The notes under the pieces were generated by a model. The model searched no databases. It worked only from the letters and a program-made list of their open reading frames with translations, and was not told the origin of the DNA. Below, piece after piece: positions 1 to 9,299 of a stretch of 64,000 bases of DNA. How positions within the stretch are numbered: position 1 is the first letter of the stretch; each line of letters opens with the position of its first letter. A program made the position numbers and the translations under genes. Origin of the DNA: Flavobacteriales bacterium. GTDB taxonomy: Bacteria; Bacteroidota; Bacteroidia; Flavobacteriales; JASBRU01. The DNA is taken from the NCBI GenBank assembly GCA_030149285.1, contig JASBRU010000003.1, positions 1 through 64,000 on the forward strand, read 5' to 3'.

Positions 1-3000
1 TGTTGTGGTGATGCTGCAATAGACAGTATAGTTGTAGATGAGGCACCAACATGCCCATGGCCAACAGGTGTTACTTTAGTAAATGTATCAGATACGTCTG
101 CAGTAATTGGTTGGAATGATCCATCAGGAACTACTTGGGATTTAGAGTGGGGGCCAGTAGGCTTTACTCAAGGAACAGGAGCTATCCTAACAACTTCTAA
201 TAACCCTGATACTATTACAGGTTTAGCAGGAAATACAGATTACGATGTATATGTACGTGCTAATTGTACATCAGGCGGTAATGGAACTAGTATATGGATA
301 GGACCGTTGACATTTACAACAGAGTGTGCAGCATTCCCAGTTGTTTACACTGAAGACTGGGACACCTACAGTAACTTTACTGATATTAGTAATATAGATT
401 GCTGGTCATTCTACAGAACAGGAACTAATGGTTTTGCTCAAACTAGAGATGCCGGAGTAGGAACAACACCGGTATCAGGTACAATGCAAATAGAATTAGG
501 AAACGGTAATAATACTGCTGGAGATACAATTGCTTTAATTTCTCCTCGATTAGAAGATTTAGATGATGGCACAAAACAAATTCGTTTTTGGGCTGCAAGA
601 GAAGCTACGCCGGCTACATTAGCTGTGGGTATGTTAACTAACCCAACTGATCCATCAACATATACACCATTACAAAACATAACAAACTTATCTTCTGGTA
701 CATATCAGTATTATGTGATAACACTTGATATTGCTTCAGTAAGTGGTGAGTATATAGTATTTATAAATACTAGTTCATCAACTTTCTCTGAAATATATAT
801 TGATGATTTCATTTTTGAAGATATTCCTCAATGTGCGCCTTCTCACTCTGGTTTTGCAAGTGGAACTACAGATAACTCTGGAACAGTAACTTGGACTCCG
901 GGAGCAGGTGTTACTTGGGATATAGAGTGGGGTCCAACTGGCTTTACTCAGGGTACTAATGCAGGTGCTATAGTAAATACTTCTAATAACCCTTATACTA
1001 TACCAGGGTTGATTCCAAATACAGGTTATGAGTTTTATGTAAGAGATAATTGTAGTGATGGTAGTACAAGTACTTGGGCCGGACCATTCCAGTTCCAAAC
1101 ACAATGCCCTCCTGTTAATGCTCCATTTACAGAAAACTTTGATGGACCATCTTGGGTAGCATCAGGTAGTAATGCAGGTAATGCAATAGATTTATGTTGG
1201 TCATCTTCACCAAACACTAATGATCCGAATAATGATAATGAGCCATTTAAATGGATACCAAGAAGTACAGGTCCAGGTAGTGGTAATGGGCCATTAAATG
1301 ATCATACTACAGGTTCTGGTAACTTTGTATACACAGAGGCTTCTAGTAGTTCTTCAGGTGATGTTGCAATACTAACAACTCCATTAGTTTATGTAAATAA
1401 TATTCCTAATCCGGCATTAACATTCTGGTATCATAGATTTAGTACACCAATACCTGATTTAGTTGTTCAGGTTACAAATAATGGTGGAACGAATTGGACT
1501 ACAGTTACAACTTTAACAGGTCAAACTCAAACTTCATCTAGTGCACCATGGGAAGAAGCAATTATAAGCTTGGTTCCTTATGCAAATGATACGATTCAGG
1601 TTCGTTTTATGGCAAATGGTTTTGGATGTTGTGCTGATCAAGCAATTGATGATGTTAGCATAGCAACAGGTCCTTCTTGTTTTGCGCCAACAAATTTATC
1701 AGGTACAGCTACTGCATCTGATACTGCAGAAATTTTCTGGACTACAGGTGGTGCAACAGATTGGAACATAGAGTGGGGTCCTGTAGGATTTACTCCAGGT
1801 ACAGGTTCTACTGCAGGTGGTGGTACAAGAGTTACAGCCGGTAATGATACAGTAGTAATTGGAGGATTAGTTCCTGCTGGTGGTATTGTAGAGTTTTATG
1901 TAAGAGATAGTTGTGGTCCTGGCGATGTTAGTCCATGGACAGGTCCATTCCAAATTAACCTTGCTTGTGTTAACTTAATGGGTGATAATGCAAGTACAGC
2001 TATTCCTGTTCCTGGATTCCCCTATATAGATTCAAGAAACACATCACAGTGTTATACAAGTGTTCTAGGTAATGGTTCTAATGATGTATTCTACGAATTG
2101 TATACTGATACATGTACACAAAGTATCACAGTGTCATTATGCGGTGGTGGTACAACATATGATTCTTTCTTAAGAGTACTTGATAAGAATGGTAGTTCTA
2201 TAGCTACAAATGATGACTTCTGTGGATTGCAGTCAGAAATTACATTTACTGTTACTGCTGCAGATACATTCTTAGTTGTTGTAGAAGGATTTGGTTCCAA
2301 TAATGGTCCATACTCAGTAAGTATCACAGAAACATTAAGACCAGTATGTATTTCATGTCCTGCTCCAACTGCATTAGGCGGTACCGCAGTAACTGCTGAT
2401 AGTGCAGAAATTTTCTGGACTACAGGTGGTGCAACAGATTGGAATGTTGATTGGGGAGCTGTAGGATTCCTTCCTAGTGGAACAAGCAGTAACTTAATTA
2501 ATGCTACTAATGATACTATAGGTATAGGTAATTTAATACCTGTAAGTGGTATTGTAGAGTATTATGTGAGAGATAGTTGTGCTGCAGGTAGTGTAAGCTC
2601 ATGGGTTGGTCCGTTCCAAATTAACCTAGCTTGTGTTAACTTACAAGGAGATAATATGAGTACGGCTATTCCGGTATCAACAGCAATATTCCCATATAGT
2701 GATTCAAGAAATACGTCACAGTGTTACACAAATGTAATAGGTAACGGATCTAATGACGTCTTCTATGAGGTTTATGCAGACTCTTGTACACAAAGTATTA
2801 CTGCTTCATTATGTGGTGGCGGTACTTCATATGACTCTTTCTTAAGAGTACTTGATAAGAATGGTAATACTATATCAACAAATGATGACTTCTGCGGATT
2901 ACAGTCAGAAATTACATTTACAGTTACTGCTGCAGATACATTCTTTGTAGTTGTAGAAGGTTTTGGTTCTAATAACGGTCCTTATTCATTAGACCTTACT

Positions 3001-5517
3001 AGAGTTGTAAACCCAATATGTATTTCTTGTCCACAGCCAACCAGCTTAAATCCAATATCATCAACAACTAACTCAATTGATATATATTGGACAACAGGAG
3101 GTGCATCAGATTGGCAAATACATATAGATACTTGTGGTGGTACTTTAGGTCAAGGTAATATCATTTCTTCATCAAATGATACTGCAACTATTCCAAGTTT
3201 ATCAACAGGTCAATGCTATCAAATATATGTAAGAGATAGTTGTGGTCCTGGAGACGTAAGTTTCTGGACAGGCCCTATAACTGTATCAACACTATGTAAT
3301 GTTGTATCAGCACCATTTGTAGAAAACTTTGATGGAGGATCATGGTTTGCTTCAGGAGCAGATGCCGGTAATGTGTTAGATGCATGCTGGTCTGCAAACC
3401 CTGCACCAACTATGGGTGTACCATTTAAGTGGATACCAAGAAATAATGGTCCAAGTAGTGGTAATGGTCCATTAAATGATCATACAACGGGAACAGGTAA
3501 CTTTATGTATACCGAAGCTTCGGGTAGTTCAACGGGTGATATAGCTTACCTTGTAACTCCCGCTATAGATTTAACACCGTTAAATGCTCCTGAATTACGT
3601 TTCTGGTATCATAGATTTAGTACTACTCAGCCAGACTTAGATATTGAAGTGTCAAATGATGGTGGGGCTACTTGGTCTACATCTGTGTTCAATCTTTCAG
3701 GTCAGACTCAAACTTCAGCAGCAGCACCATGGTTAGAAGCAGCCGTAAATATTTCGGCTTATGCAAATGATACTATTCAAATTAGATTTAAAGCTACAGG
3801 CTTTGGATGTTGTGCGGATCAAGCAATTGATGATGTATCTGTAATTGAAGGACCTACATGTCCTGCTCCTCTATCATTAGGCGTAGGTTCATTATCGCAA
3901 ACCACGGCTCAAGTATATTGGACTACTGGTGGTGCAAGTAATTGGCAAATAGAATATGGTGCGCCAGGCTTTACACAAGGCTCAGGTACAATACTACCTT
4001 CTTCAAATGATACTTTAGTAATTTCAAGCTTAACGGCTGGAACATGCTATGAGTATTATGTAAGAGATAGTTGTGCCGTAGGTGATGTAAGTGCTTGGAT
4101 TGGACCAGCTACTTTCTGTACACCTTGTGCTGTTACACCAGCACCATACTTAGAGAACTTTGATGGTTCTACTTGGGTAGCATCTGGTAGTAATGCAGGT
4201 AACGCAATAGACTTATGTTGGTCATCTATGCCAAACACAAACTTGGCAGCTAATGACGGTGAGCCATTTAAATGGATACCAAGAAACAATGGCCCAACAA
4301 GTGGTAATGGTCCATTAAGCGATCATACTACAGGTACTGGTAACTTTATGTATACTGAGGCCTCTGGTAGTGCAACAGGAGATGTAGCTATATTAATGAC
4401 ACCACCAATTGATTTAAGTCCATTAAGTAACCCTGAATTGTCTTTCTGGTTCCATAGATTTAGTACTACTCTACCTGATGTAGATGTTGAAGTAACTAAT
4501 GATGGTGGTGCTACTTGGGCTACAGTTGTTACGTTGAGTGGTCAGTTCCAAGCTGCAGCTGGGGACCCATGGTTAGATACAGTAATACAGTTACCTAACT
4601 ATGCAAATGATACTGTACAAGTACGATTTGTGGCAACAGGATTTGGATGTTGTGCGGATCAGGCAATTGATGATGTTGAACTTAGAGAGTCAACTATTAC
4701 TTGTCCTGCACCAACAGCATTAGGTGCAAGCAACCTAACCCCAACCAGTGCAGATTTATCTTGGACAACAGGTGGTGCTACTGATTGGATTATCCAATGG
4801 GGACCTCAAGGGTTTACTCCTGGAACTTCAGGTTCAGGAACCTTTGTAAATACATCTACCAATCCATATCCGTTAGGTAGTTTAATGCCAAACACATGTT
4901 ATGACTATTATGTACAAGATAGTTGTGGACCATTTGACTTAAGTGTTATAACGGGACCATTTACATTCTGTACTCCTGTAGGTTGCCCTGTACCGGTAGC
5001 ATCGTTTACAAATAGCGCACCAGTAAATGGTAGTGGTTTGATAAACTTTGATGGTTCAGGTTCTACAAATGCAGATTCATTGTATTGGGATTATGGTGAT
5101 GGATCTACAGACACAGGTTCAACAACAGTGCATACCTATGCAGCAAATGGTTCATACACTGTGTCACTTACAGTATGTGCATCATGTACTACAGGACCGG
5201 ATTCTTGTGTAACTGTTACTCAAAATGTAAACATTGTGGGTATAGGTTTAGATGAATCAGTATTAGGTAGAAGCTTAGAGTTATATCCAAACCCAACTAA
5301 CGATGTGTTCGGATTGAAATTCACTTCGCCATACGGACAGGATATGACAATACGAGTTGTAAACACACTTGGTCAGACAATTTATACTGAGGCATTAGAT
5401 AATTTCGCAGGAAAGTATTCTAAGACCATCAGTATAGGAGATCAACCAAAAGGTATTTACTTCTTACAAGTCATTACCCAAGAAGGTGTAATAAATAGAA
5501 GAGTTGCTTTGCAATAA
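1..5517 (+). CDS. Giant T9SS-secreted multidomain cell-surface protein, 5'-truncated at the window edge (FN3-like repeats, 3 MAM domains, 2 PPC-like domains, PKD domain, Por/T9SS C-terminal sorting domain)
   Basis: Frame 1 is open from nt 1 (CCGDAAIDSIVVDEAPTCPW...) to the stop at 5515-5517. The ORF track begins it at an in-frame TTG (307) only because the real start lies upstream of the window. Repeated WTTGGATDW-EWGP-GFT...YEFYVRD-C..G blocks (FN3-like). Three FENFDG...KWIPR..GP.SGNGPL.DHTTG.GNF.YTEAS...FWYHRF...GFGCCADQAIDDV blocks (MAM). PKD-like block ~4980-5230. C-terminal LELYPNPTNDVF...GIYFLQV typical of a T9SS CTD. Confidence 0.85.
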   Translation, partial: CCGDAAIDSIVVDEAPTCPWPTGVTLVNVSDTSAVIGWNDPSGTTWDLEWGPVGFTQGTGAILTTSNNPDTITGLAGNTDYDVYVRANCTSGGNGTSIWIGPLTFTTECAAFPVVYTEDWDTYSNFTDISNIDCWSFYRTGTNGFAQTRDAGVGTTPVSGTMQIELGNGNNTAGDTIALISPRLEDLDDGTKQIRFWAAREATPATLAVGMLTNPTDPSTYTPLQNITNLSSGTYQYYVITLDIASVSGEYIVFINTSSSTFSEIYIDDFIFEDIPQCAPSHSGFASGTTDNSGTVTWTPGAGVTWDIEWGPTGFTQGTNAGAIVNTSNNPYTIPGLIPNTGYEFYVRDNCSDGSTSTWAGPFQFQTQCPPVNAPFTENFDGPSWVASGSNAGNAIDLCWSSSPNTNDPNNDNEPFKWIPRSTGPGSGNGPLNDHTTGSGNFVYTEASSSSSGDVAILTTPLVYVNNIPNPALTFWYHRFSTPIPDLVVQVTNNGGTNWTTVTTLTGQTQTSSSAPWEEAIISLVPYANDTIQVRFMANGFGCCADQAIDDVSIATGPSCFAPTNLSGTATASDTAEIFWTTGGATDWNIEWGPVGFTPGTGSTAGGGTRVTAGNDTVVIGGLVPAGGIVEFYVRDSCGPGDVSPWTGPFQINLACVNLMGDNASTAIPVPGFPYIDSRNTSQCYTSVLGNGSNDVFYELYTDTCTQSITVSLCGGGTTYDSFLRVLDKNGSSIATNDDFCGLQSEITFTVTAADTFLVVVEGFGSNNGPYSVSITETLRPVCISCPAPTALGGTAVTADSAEIFWTTGGATDWNVDWGAVGFLPSGTSSNLINATNDTIGIGNLIPVSGIVEYYVRDSCAAGSVSSWVGPFQINLACVNLQGDNMSTAIPVSTAIFPYSDSRNTSQCYTNVIGNGSNDVFYEVYADSCTQSITASLCGGGTSYDSFLRVLDKNGNTISTNDDFCGLQSEITFTVTAADTFFVVVEGFGSNNGPYSLDLTRVVNPICISCPQPTSLNPISSTTNSIDIYWTTGGASDWQIHIDTCGGTLGQGNIISSSNDTATIPSLSTGQCYQIYVRDSCGPGDVSFWTGPITVSTLCNVVSAPFVENFDGGSWFASGADAGNVLDACWSANPAPTMGVPFKWIPRNNGPSSGNGPLNDHTTGTGNFMYTEASGSSTGDIAYLVTPAIDLTPLNAPELRFWYHRFSTTQPDLDIEVSNDGGATWSTSVFNLSGQTQTSAAAPWLEAAVNISAYANDTIQIRFKATGFGCCADQAIDDVSVIEGPTCPAPLSLGVGSLSQTTAQVYWTTGGASNWQIEYGAPGFTQGSGTILPSSNDTLVISSLTAGTCYEYYVRDSCAVGDVSAWIGPATFCTPCAVTPAPYLENFDGSTWVASGSNAGNAIDLCWSSMPNTNLAANDGEPFKWIPRNNGPTSGNGPLSDHTTGTGNFMYTEASGSATGDVAILMTPPIDLSPLSNPELSFWFHRFSTTLPDVDVEVTNDGGATWATVVTLSGQFQAAAGDPWLDTVIQLPNYANDTVQVRFVATGFGCCADQAIDDVELRESTITCPAPTALGASNLTPTSADLSWTTGGATDWIIQWGPQGFTPGTSGSGTFVNTSTNPYPLGSLMPNTCYDYYVQDSCGPFDLSVITGPFTFCTPVGCPVPVASFTNSAPVNGSGLINFDGSGSTNADSLYWDYGDGSTDTGSTTVHTYAANGSYTVSLTVCASCTTGPDSCVTVTQNVNIVGIGLDESVLGRSLELYPNPTNDVFGLKFTSPYGQDMTIRVVNTLGQTIYTEALDNFAGKYSKTISIGDQPKGIYFLQVITQEGVINRRVALQ

Positions 5518-5539
5518 ATAGCAATAGATATATAAATAG

Positions 5540-5568
5540 AAAGCCCCCAATATTGGGGGCTTTTTTTA
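5540..5568 (+). terminator. Rho-independent terminator of the giant surface-protein gene
   Basis: AAAGCCCCCA-ATAT-TGGGGGCTTT hairpin followed by a T-run (TTTTTTTATTT) 23 nt after the stop codon. Confidence 0.6.
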
Positions 5569-5586
5569 TTTATGTAATTTTGCAAA

Positions 5587-6123
5587 ATGAAATTTGCTAA
5601 AGGAGATAGAGTTGTATTTATAAATGATACTCAAAAAGGTATTGTGCTAGACTATGACTTTGGTGATGAAGTGAGAGTTTTGTGCGATGATGGCTTTGAA
5701 AGTGTAGTTGCAGAAAAAGAATTGATAAAAGATTACTCTGAGGATGTACCTTACGTAATAGATAAGGATACTATAGAAACAGTAGTAAGTGAAAAAGAGT
5801 TAAAGCCCGTACGCAGAATAAAAGTAAAAAAACAGCAAAAGAACAGCCCTTTAGAAGTAGATTTGCATATTGAAGCTATAATAGAAACAAAATTAGGCCT
5901 ATCAAACGGAGATATGCTTAATTATCAGTTGAACTATGCAAAGCAAAAAATTAGACATGCTAATGAAAACAATATCAGAAGACTAGTTTTTATTCATGGA
6001 GTAGGAGAGGGAACCTTAAGGCAAGAGTTGTATAAACTGCTAGACTTAGAAGGTAATTTAGAATATTTTGATGCTTCTTTTCAACGATATGGTTCAGGAG
6101 CAACAGAAGTTATAGTTCATTAA
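5587..6123 (+). CDS. Smr (small MutS-related) domain protein
   Basis: C-terminal LEVDLHIEAI...RRLVFIHGVGEGTLRQELYKLL matches the Smr domain pattern (LDLHG..-like with conserved HG.G.G.L). 178 aa. Confidence 0.7.
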   Translation: MKFAKGDRVVFINDTQKGIVLDYDFGDEVRVLCDDGFESVVAEKELIKDYSEDVPYVIDKDTIETVVSEKELKPVRRIKVKKQQKNSPLEVDLHIEAIIETKLGLSNGDMLNYQLNYAKQKIRHANENNIRRLVFIHGVGEGTLRQELYKLLDLEGNLEYFDASFQRYGSGATEVIVH

Positions 6124-6126
6124 CAT

Positions 6127-6468
6127 AATAAACCGCCTTATCGCTTTAGTAATAAAGAGGAAAGTCCGGACAACGTAGAGCACCATACTTCTTAACGGGA
6201 AGGCATACTTAGGTATGACAGCTAGTGCCACAGAAAATAAACCGCCGTAAAGGTAAGGGTGAAAAGGTGGGGTAAGAGCCCACCAGTATTGTGGGTAACT
6301 ACAATAGCTTGGTAAACCTTATGGGTTGAAATGCTACGTATACTAGGGTTTGAGGACTGCTCGTCCGATCCTAGGGGGTAGGCAGATAGAGGCTTTTAGT
6401 GATGAAAGTCCTAGATAAATGATAAGGGCCTAATTTATTAGGTACAGAATCCGGCTTATAGGTTTATT
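6127..6468 (+). ncRNA. rnpB: RNase P RNA, bacterial type A
   Basis: Conserved GAGGAAAGTCCGG(A)C box at ~6156-6170, GGGTGAAAAGGTGGGGTAAGAGCCCACCAG (P10-P12 region), ACAGAATCCGGCTTA 3' box. P1 pairing AATAAACC (6127-6134) with GGTTTATT (6461-6468). No long ORF on this stretch. Confidence 0.85.
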
Positions 6469-6484
6469 ATGTAATATATAAAAA

Positions 6485-6516
6485 GCTGCCGTCAACTTTG
6501 ATGGCAGTTTTTTGTT
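6485..6516 (+). terminator. Terminator hairpin after rnpB
   Basis: GCTGCCGTCA-ACTTTG-ATGGCAG hairpin (one G-U pair) followed by TTTTTTG. Confidence 0.5.
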
Positions 6517-6742
6517 ATCAAAAAGTAAAAAACTATTTGTGCGAAAACTTCAAAAATACATCACACCTAAGTTTATCAGGAAATATGTGAAAATATATAA
6601 GGAGGAAGGCTTTAAAGCCGTTGTAAAAAAGGGTGGTTGGCGTTTAGTAATATCAATAATCGTATTTTACTTAATAAGAGACTCTATTATATATCTCTTA
6701 ATACCCTATTTAATTGCAAAAGGATTAATACCCGGATTCTAA
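6512..6742 (+). CDS. Possible small membrane protein (basic N-terminus, one C-terminal TM segment); TTG start, uncertain
   Basis: 76-aa ORF with K/R-rich N-terminal half and a hydrophobic stretch WRLVISIIVFYLIRDSIIYLLIPYLIAKGLIPGF, ending directly at a terminator hairpin. Starts at TTG overlapping the rnpB terminator, so it may be spurious. Confidence 0.2.
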   Translation: MLSKSKKLFVRKLQKYITPKFIRKYVKIYKEEGFKAVVKKGGWRLVISIIVFYLIRDSIIYLLIPYLIAKGLIPGF

Positions 6743-6743
6743 T

Positions 6744-6776
6744 AAAAAAAGCCGACTATTTAGTCGGCTTTTTGTT
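6744..6776. terminator. Bidirectional terminator (end of trxB on the minus strand; end of small ORF on plus)
   Basis: AAAAAAA-AGCCGACT-ATTT-AGTCGGCT-TTTTG: perfect 8-bp stem flanked by an A-run and a T-run, so it is functional in either direction. Confidence 0.55.
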
Positions 6777-6793
6777 TGTATATATAAGAGTTA

Positions 6794-7741
6794 TTACTCT
6801 AATTCTGCAAGATATCTTTCTGCTTCTAATGCTGCCATACAACCTGTACCTGCTGCTGTTACAGCTTGACGGTATGTAAAGTCTTGAGCATCACCAGATG
6901 CAAATACACCTGGTAAATTGGTTTGTGTGCTGTCAGCTTTAGTAGTTAGGTAACCTACGCTATTCATGTCTAGCTGACCTTTAAAAATATCTGTGTTTGG
7001 TTTATGACCAATTGCTAAGAAGAAACCGGTAGCAGGAATTGTAAACTGCTCTCCTGTTTGGTTATTTTTAGCAACAACGCCTTCAACACCAAGCTCACCA
7101 ACTAAGTCTATAGCTTCGGTGTTGTATAGAACTTCAAGGTTTTCTGTATTATTTACTCTATGTTGCATTGCTTTAGATGCTTTCATTTCATCTTTACGAA
7201 CCAACATTTTTACATTTTTACAAAGTTTAGCTAAGTAAGTAGCTTCTTCTGCAGCAGTATCTCCACCACCAACAATTACCACATCTTGCCCTTTGTAAAA
7301 GAAACCATCACATACTGCACAAGCAGAAACACCATGTCCGGCATATTTTTTCTCAGCTTCTATGCCTAAGTATTTAGCAGAAGCACCGGTAGATATAATT
7401 ACTGTTTTTGCCAATAAATCAGTCTTATCATCAACAGTAAGTTTATGCCATCCTCCAACTTCTTTAGAAAACTCAACTTTGGTAACCATTCCCCATCTCA
7501 CTTCAGTACCAAAACGTTCAGCCTGAGCTTTTAAGTCTTCCATCATTGCAGGACCACTAATGCCATCTCTATAACCTGGAAAATTGTCTACCTCAGTAGT
7601 AGTAGTTAGCTGTCCGCCTGGTTCCATACCCTGTATAATAACTGGTTTTAAGTCAGCACGTGCTGCATATATAGCTGCGGTATAGCCAGCAGGGCCAGAG
7701 CCGATAATTACGCATTCTAGTTTTTCTAATTCTTCACTCAT
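6794..7741 (-). CDS. trxB: Thioredoxin-disulfide reductase
   Basis: N-terminal FAD fold VIIGSGPAGYTAAIYAARA, redox-active CAVCDG motif, NADPH-binding VVGGGDTAAEEA, C-terminal GVFASGD. 315 aa, typical length. Confidence 0.92.
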   Translation of the reverse strand: MSEELEKLECVIIGSGPAGYTAAIYAARADLKPVIIQGMEPGGQLTTTTEVDNFPGYRDGISGPAMMEDLKAQAERFGTEVRWGMVTKVEFSKEVGGWHKLTVDDKTDLLAKTVIISTGASAKYLGIEAEKKYAGHGVSACAVCDGFFYKGQDVVIVGGGDTAAEEATYLAKLCKNVKMLVRKDEMKASKAMQHRVNNTENLEVLYNTEAIDLVGELGVEGVVAKNNQTGEQFTIPATGFFLAIGHKPNTDIFKGQLDMNSVGYLTTKADSTQTNLPGVFASGDAQDFTYRQAVTAAGTGCMAALEAERYLAELE

Positions 7742-7865
7742 TTTACTTTCAATTTTTATAAGTCGAACAAATTTACAATAATTGCTTACAGTAGCTTTGT
7801 CAATACACTGACATTTGTTTATTAATTATTAAACACCTTAATTTGCCTGTCAAATTCGGGGTGTA

Positions 7866-7940
7866 GCTTAGTCCGGTTAAAGTGCGCGTCTGGGGGGCGC
7901 GAGATCGGAGGTTCGAATCCTCTCACCCCGACACTTTCCT
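7866..7940 (+). tRNA. tRNA-Pro (anticodon GGG)
   Basis: Hand-folded cloverleaf. Acceptor CGGGGTG/CACCCCG, D-arm GCTT-AGTCCGGTTA-AAGT, anticodon arm CGCGT-CTGGGGG-GCGCG (positions 34-36 = GGG at 7901-7903), variable AGATC, T-arm GGAGG-TTCGAAT-CCTCT, discriminator A. The CGG...GGTCGGAGGTTCGAATCCTCT...CCGA frame is the bacterial tRNA-Pro signature. Confidence 0.85.
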
Positions 7941-8058
7941 TTGGCTAAATAACAAAGTTTTAGCGTATCAGTTTTTATATGTTAATATTTCTTATTGATA
8001 TGAATATAGATTTTTGTTATCTGAGTAATTGAGTTTTTGTAAAATACTCTTAACAGAT

Positions 8059-8913
8059 TTACTTCATTATCAATTCTCCTTTCATTTCATTTTGTGCTTT
8101 GTTTTGAACGTGCTTAGAGTTTTCTAATAATTTGCTGTTTTTCAAAGAAGGGAATATTTTCTGTGCTCGTTTAATCATCTTTTTCCCAGGAAAAAGGATG
8201 TCGTTTTTGGCAGCAAATATTGTTATTGGGGTTTTAATTGTCCTTGCTTTTTTGGAGTCAATAACCGGTACGGGTGTAAAATCCATATTGAACTCTAAAA
8301 ATACTTTTGAAAGATATTGGATAGCAAACTCATCTCTATCAGTAAATAATTCCGATAAAAACTTCTCTACATATTTGGTTTTTTTAGTTTTCATATACCT
8401 CTTCATAGGAATAAAAACATTGAATAGTGCTTTTAAAGGGTTTCCGTTTACAATGTAAGCTGGTGCAGATAGAAACACCTCTTTTATTTTGCTTTCATCA
8501 AACTCAAGTGTCTTTAAAATTACTAAACCCCCAAACGAAAAACCTGCCATAGTTACATTGTTTAAGTTTAAGGTACTTATAATTTCATTAATCCATTTTC
8601 CATATGATTCATCTTTCATACTAGGTCTGTTCTCTGCACTTTTATTAGGCTGAGCGAGAACATCTACAGCATAAACTCTGAAAGAGTTGTTTGAATTTTG
8701 ATATGTTTCAAGTGCTATAGGTGCGCATCCATTTGAACCATGAATTACCATAAGAGGTGGGCCGGAAGGTTTTCCGCTTATAATAATGTTAGTTTCTCCA
8801 AAACTTGTGTTTACACGTTTGTATTCATATTCAATGTTCAGTTCTTCTAACTTCTCATCATAAAGTTTCAAAATTTTGTTTTTCCCCTGCACAGATTTAT
8901 ATAAATACCCCAT
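8059..8913 (-). CDS. Alpha/beta-fold hydrolase
   Basis: HGSNGCAP oxyanion-region motif and a GFSFGG nucleophile elbow (GxSxG). 284 aa. The coding region is noticeably more AT-rich than its neighbours. Confidence 0.7.
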   Translation of the reverse strand: MGYLYKSVQGKNKILKLYDEKLEELNIEYEYKRVNTSFGETNIIISGKPSGPPLMVIHGSNGCAPIALETYQNSNNSFRVYAVDVLAQPNKSAENRPSMKDESYGKWINEIISTLNLNNVTMAGFSFGGLVILKTLEFDESKIKEVFLSAPAYIVNGNPLKALFNVFIPMKRYMKTKKTKYVEKFLSELFTDRDEFAIQYLSKVFLEFNMDFTPVPVIDSKKARTIKTPITIFAAKNDILFPGKKMIKRAQKIFPSLKNSKLLENSKHVQNKAQNEMKGELIMK

Positions 8914-9299
8914 AAATGCGTTTATTATATTAATAAATATATATAGACAAAACTATTAAGTTTTCAGTTAATAGTTTTGTTTTTATTCCTTTTTTATGAT
9001 TATTCTTTTTTGTCTTCATCCTTTGAAAATCAATTAATTAAATTAATTTTTTTTGAATTATTTTTTACTACGCAAAAAGATTGCGCATATGTAAATGAAT
9101 ATTTGTAGAGAAATAAAAACAAACGTTCATTAAAATATTGTGCTTTTAGGTACAAACAGTCTTTCTTGAAAAAGAAAGTAGGTGATAGAATGATTAATAA
9201 AGACCAGATGAGAGTTTCTGTATAACTCCATAGTATTTAACAGGTATGTTTAAATATGCTGCTTTATCTATTATTTATATCGCCACTATACCCCTGATG

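Noticed and set aside
1684-3020. Regular ~678-bp DNA repeats that could be mistaken for a repeat array
   Set aside because: They are in-frame tandem duplications of protein domains inside one continuous ORF, not a CRISPR or satellite array. There are no short direct repeats with unique spacers anywhere in the window.
6637-6879. 80-aa plus-strand ORF
   Set aside because: It spans the bidirectional terminator hairpin and the 3' end of trxB on the opposite strand, so it is not credible as a gene.
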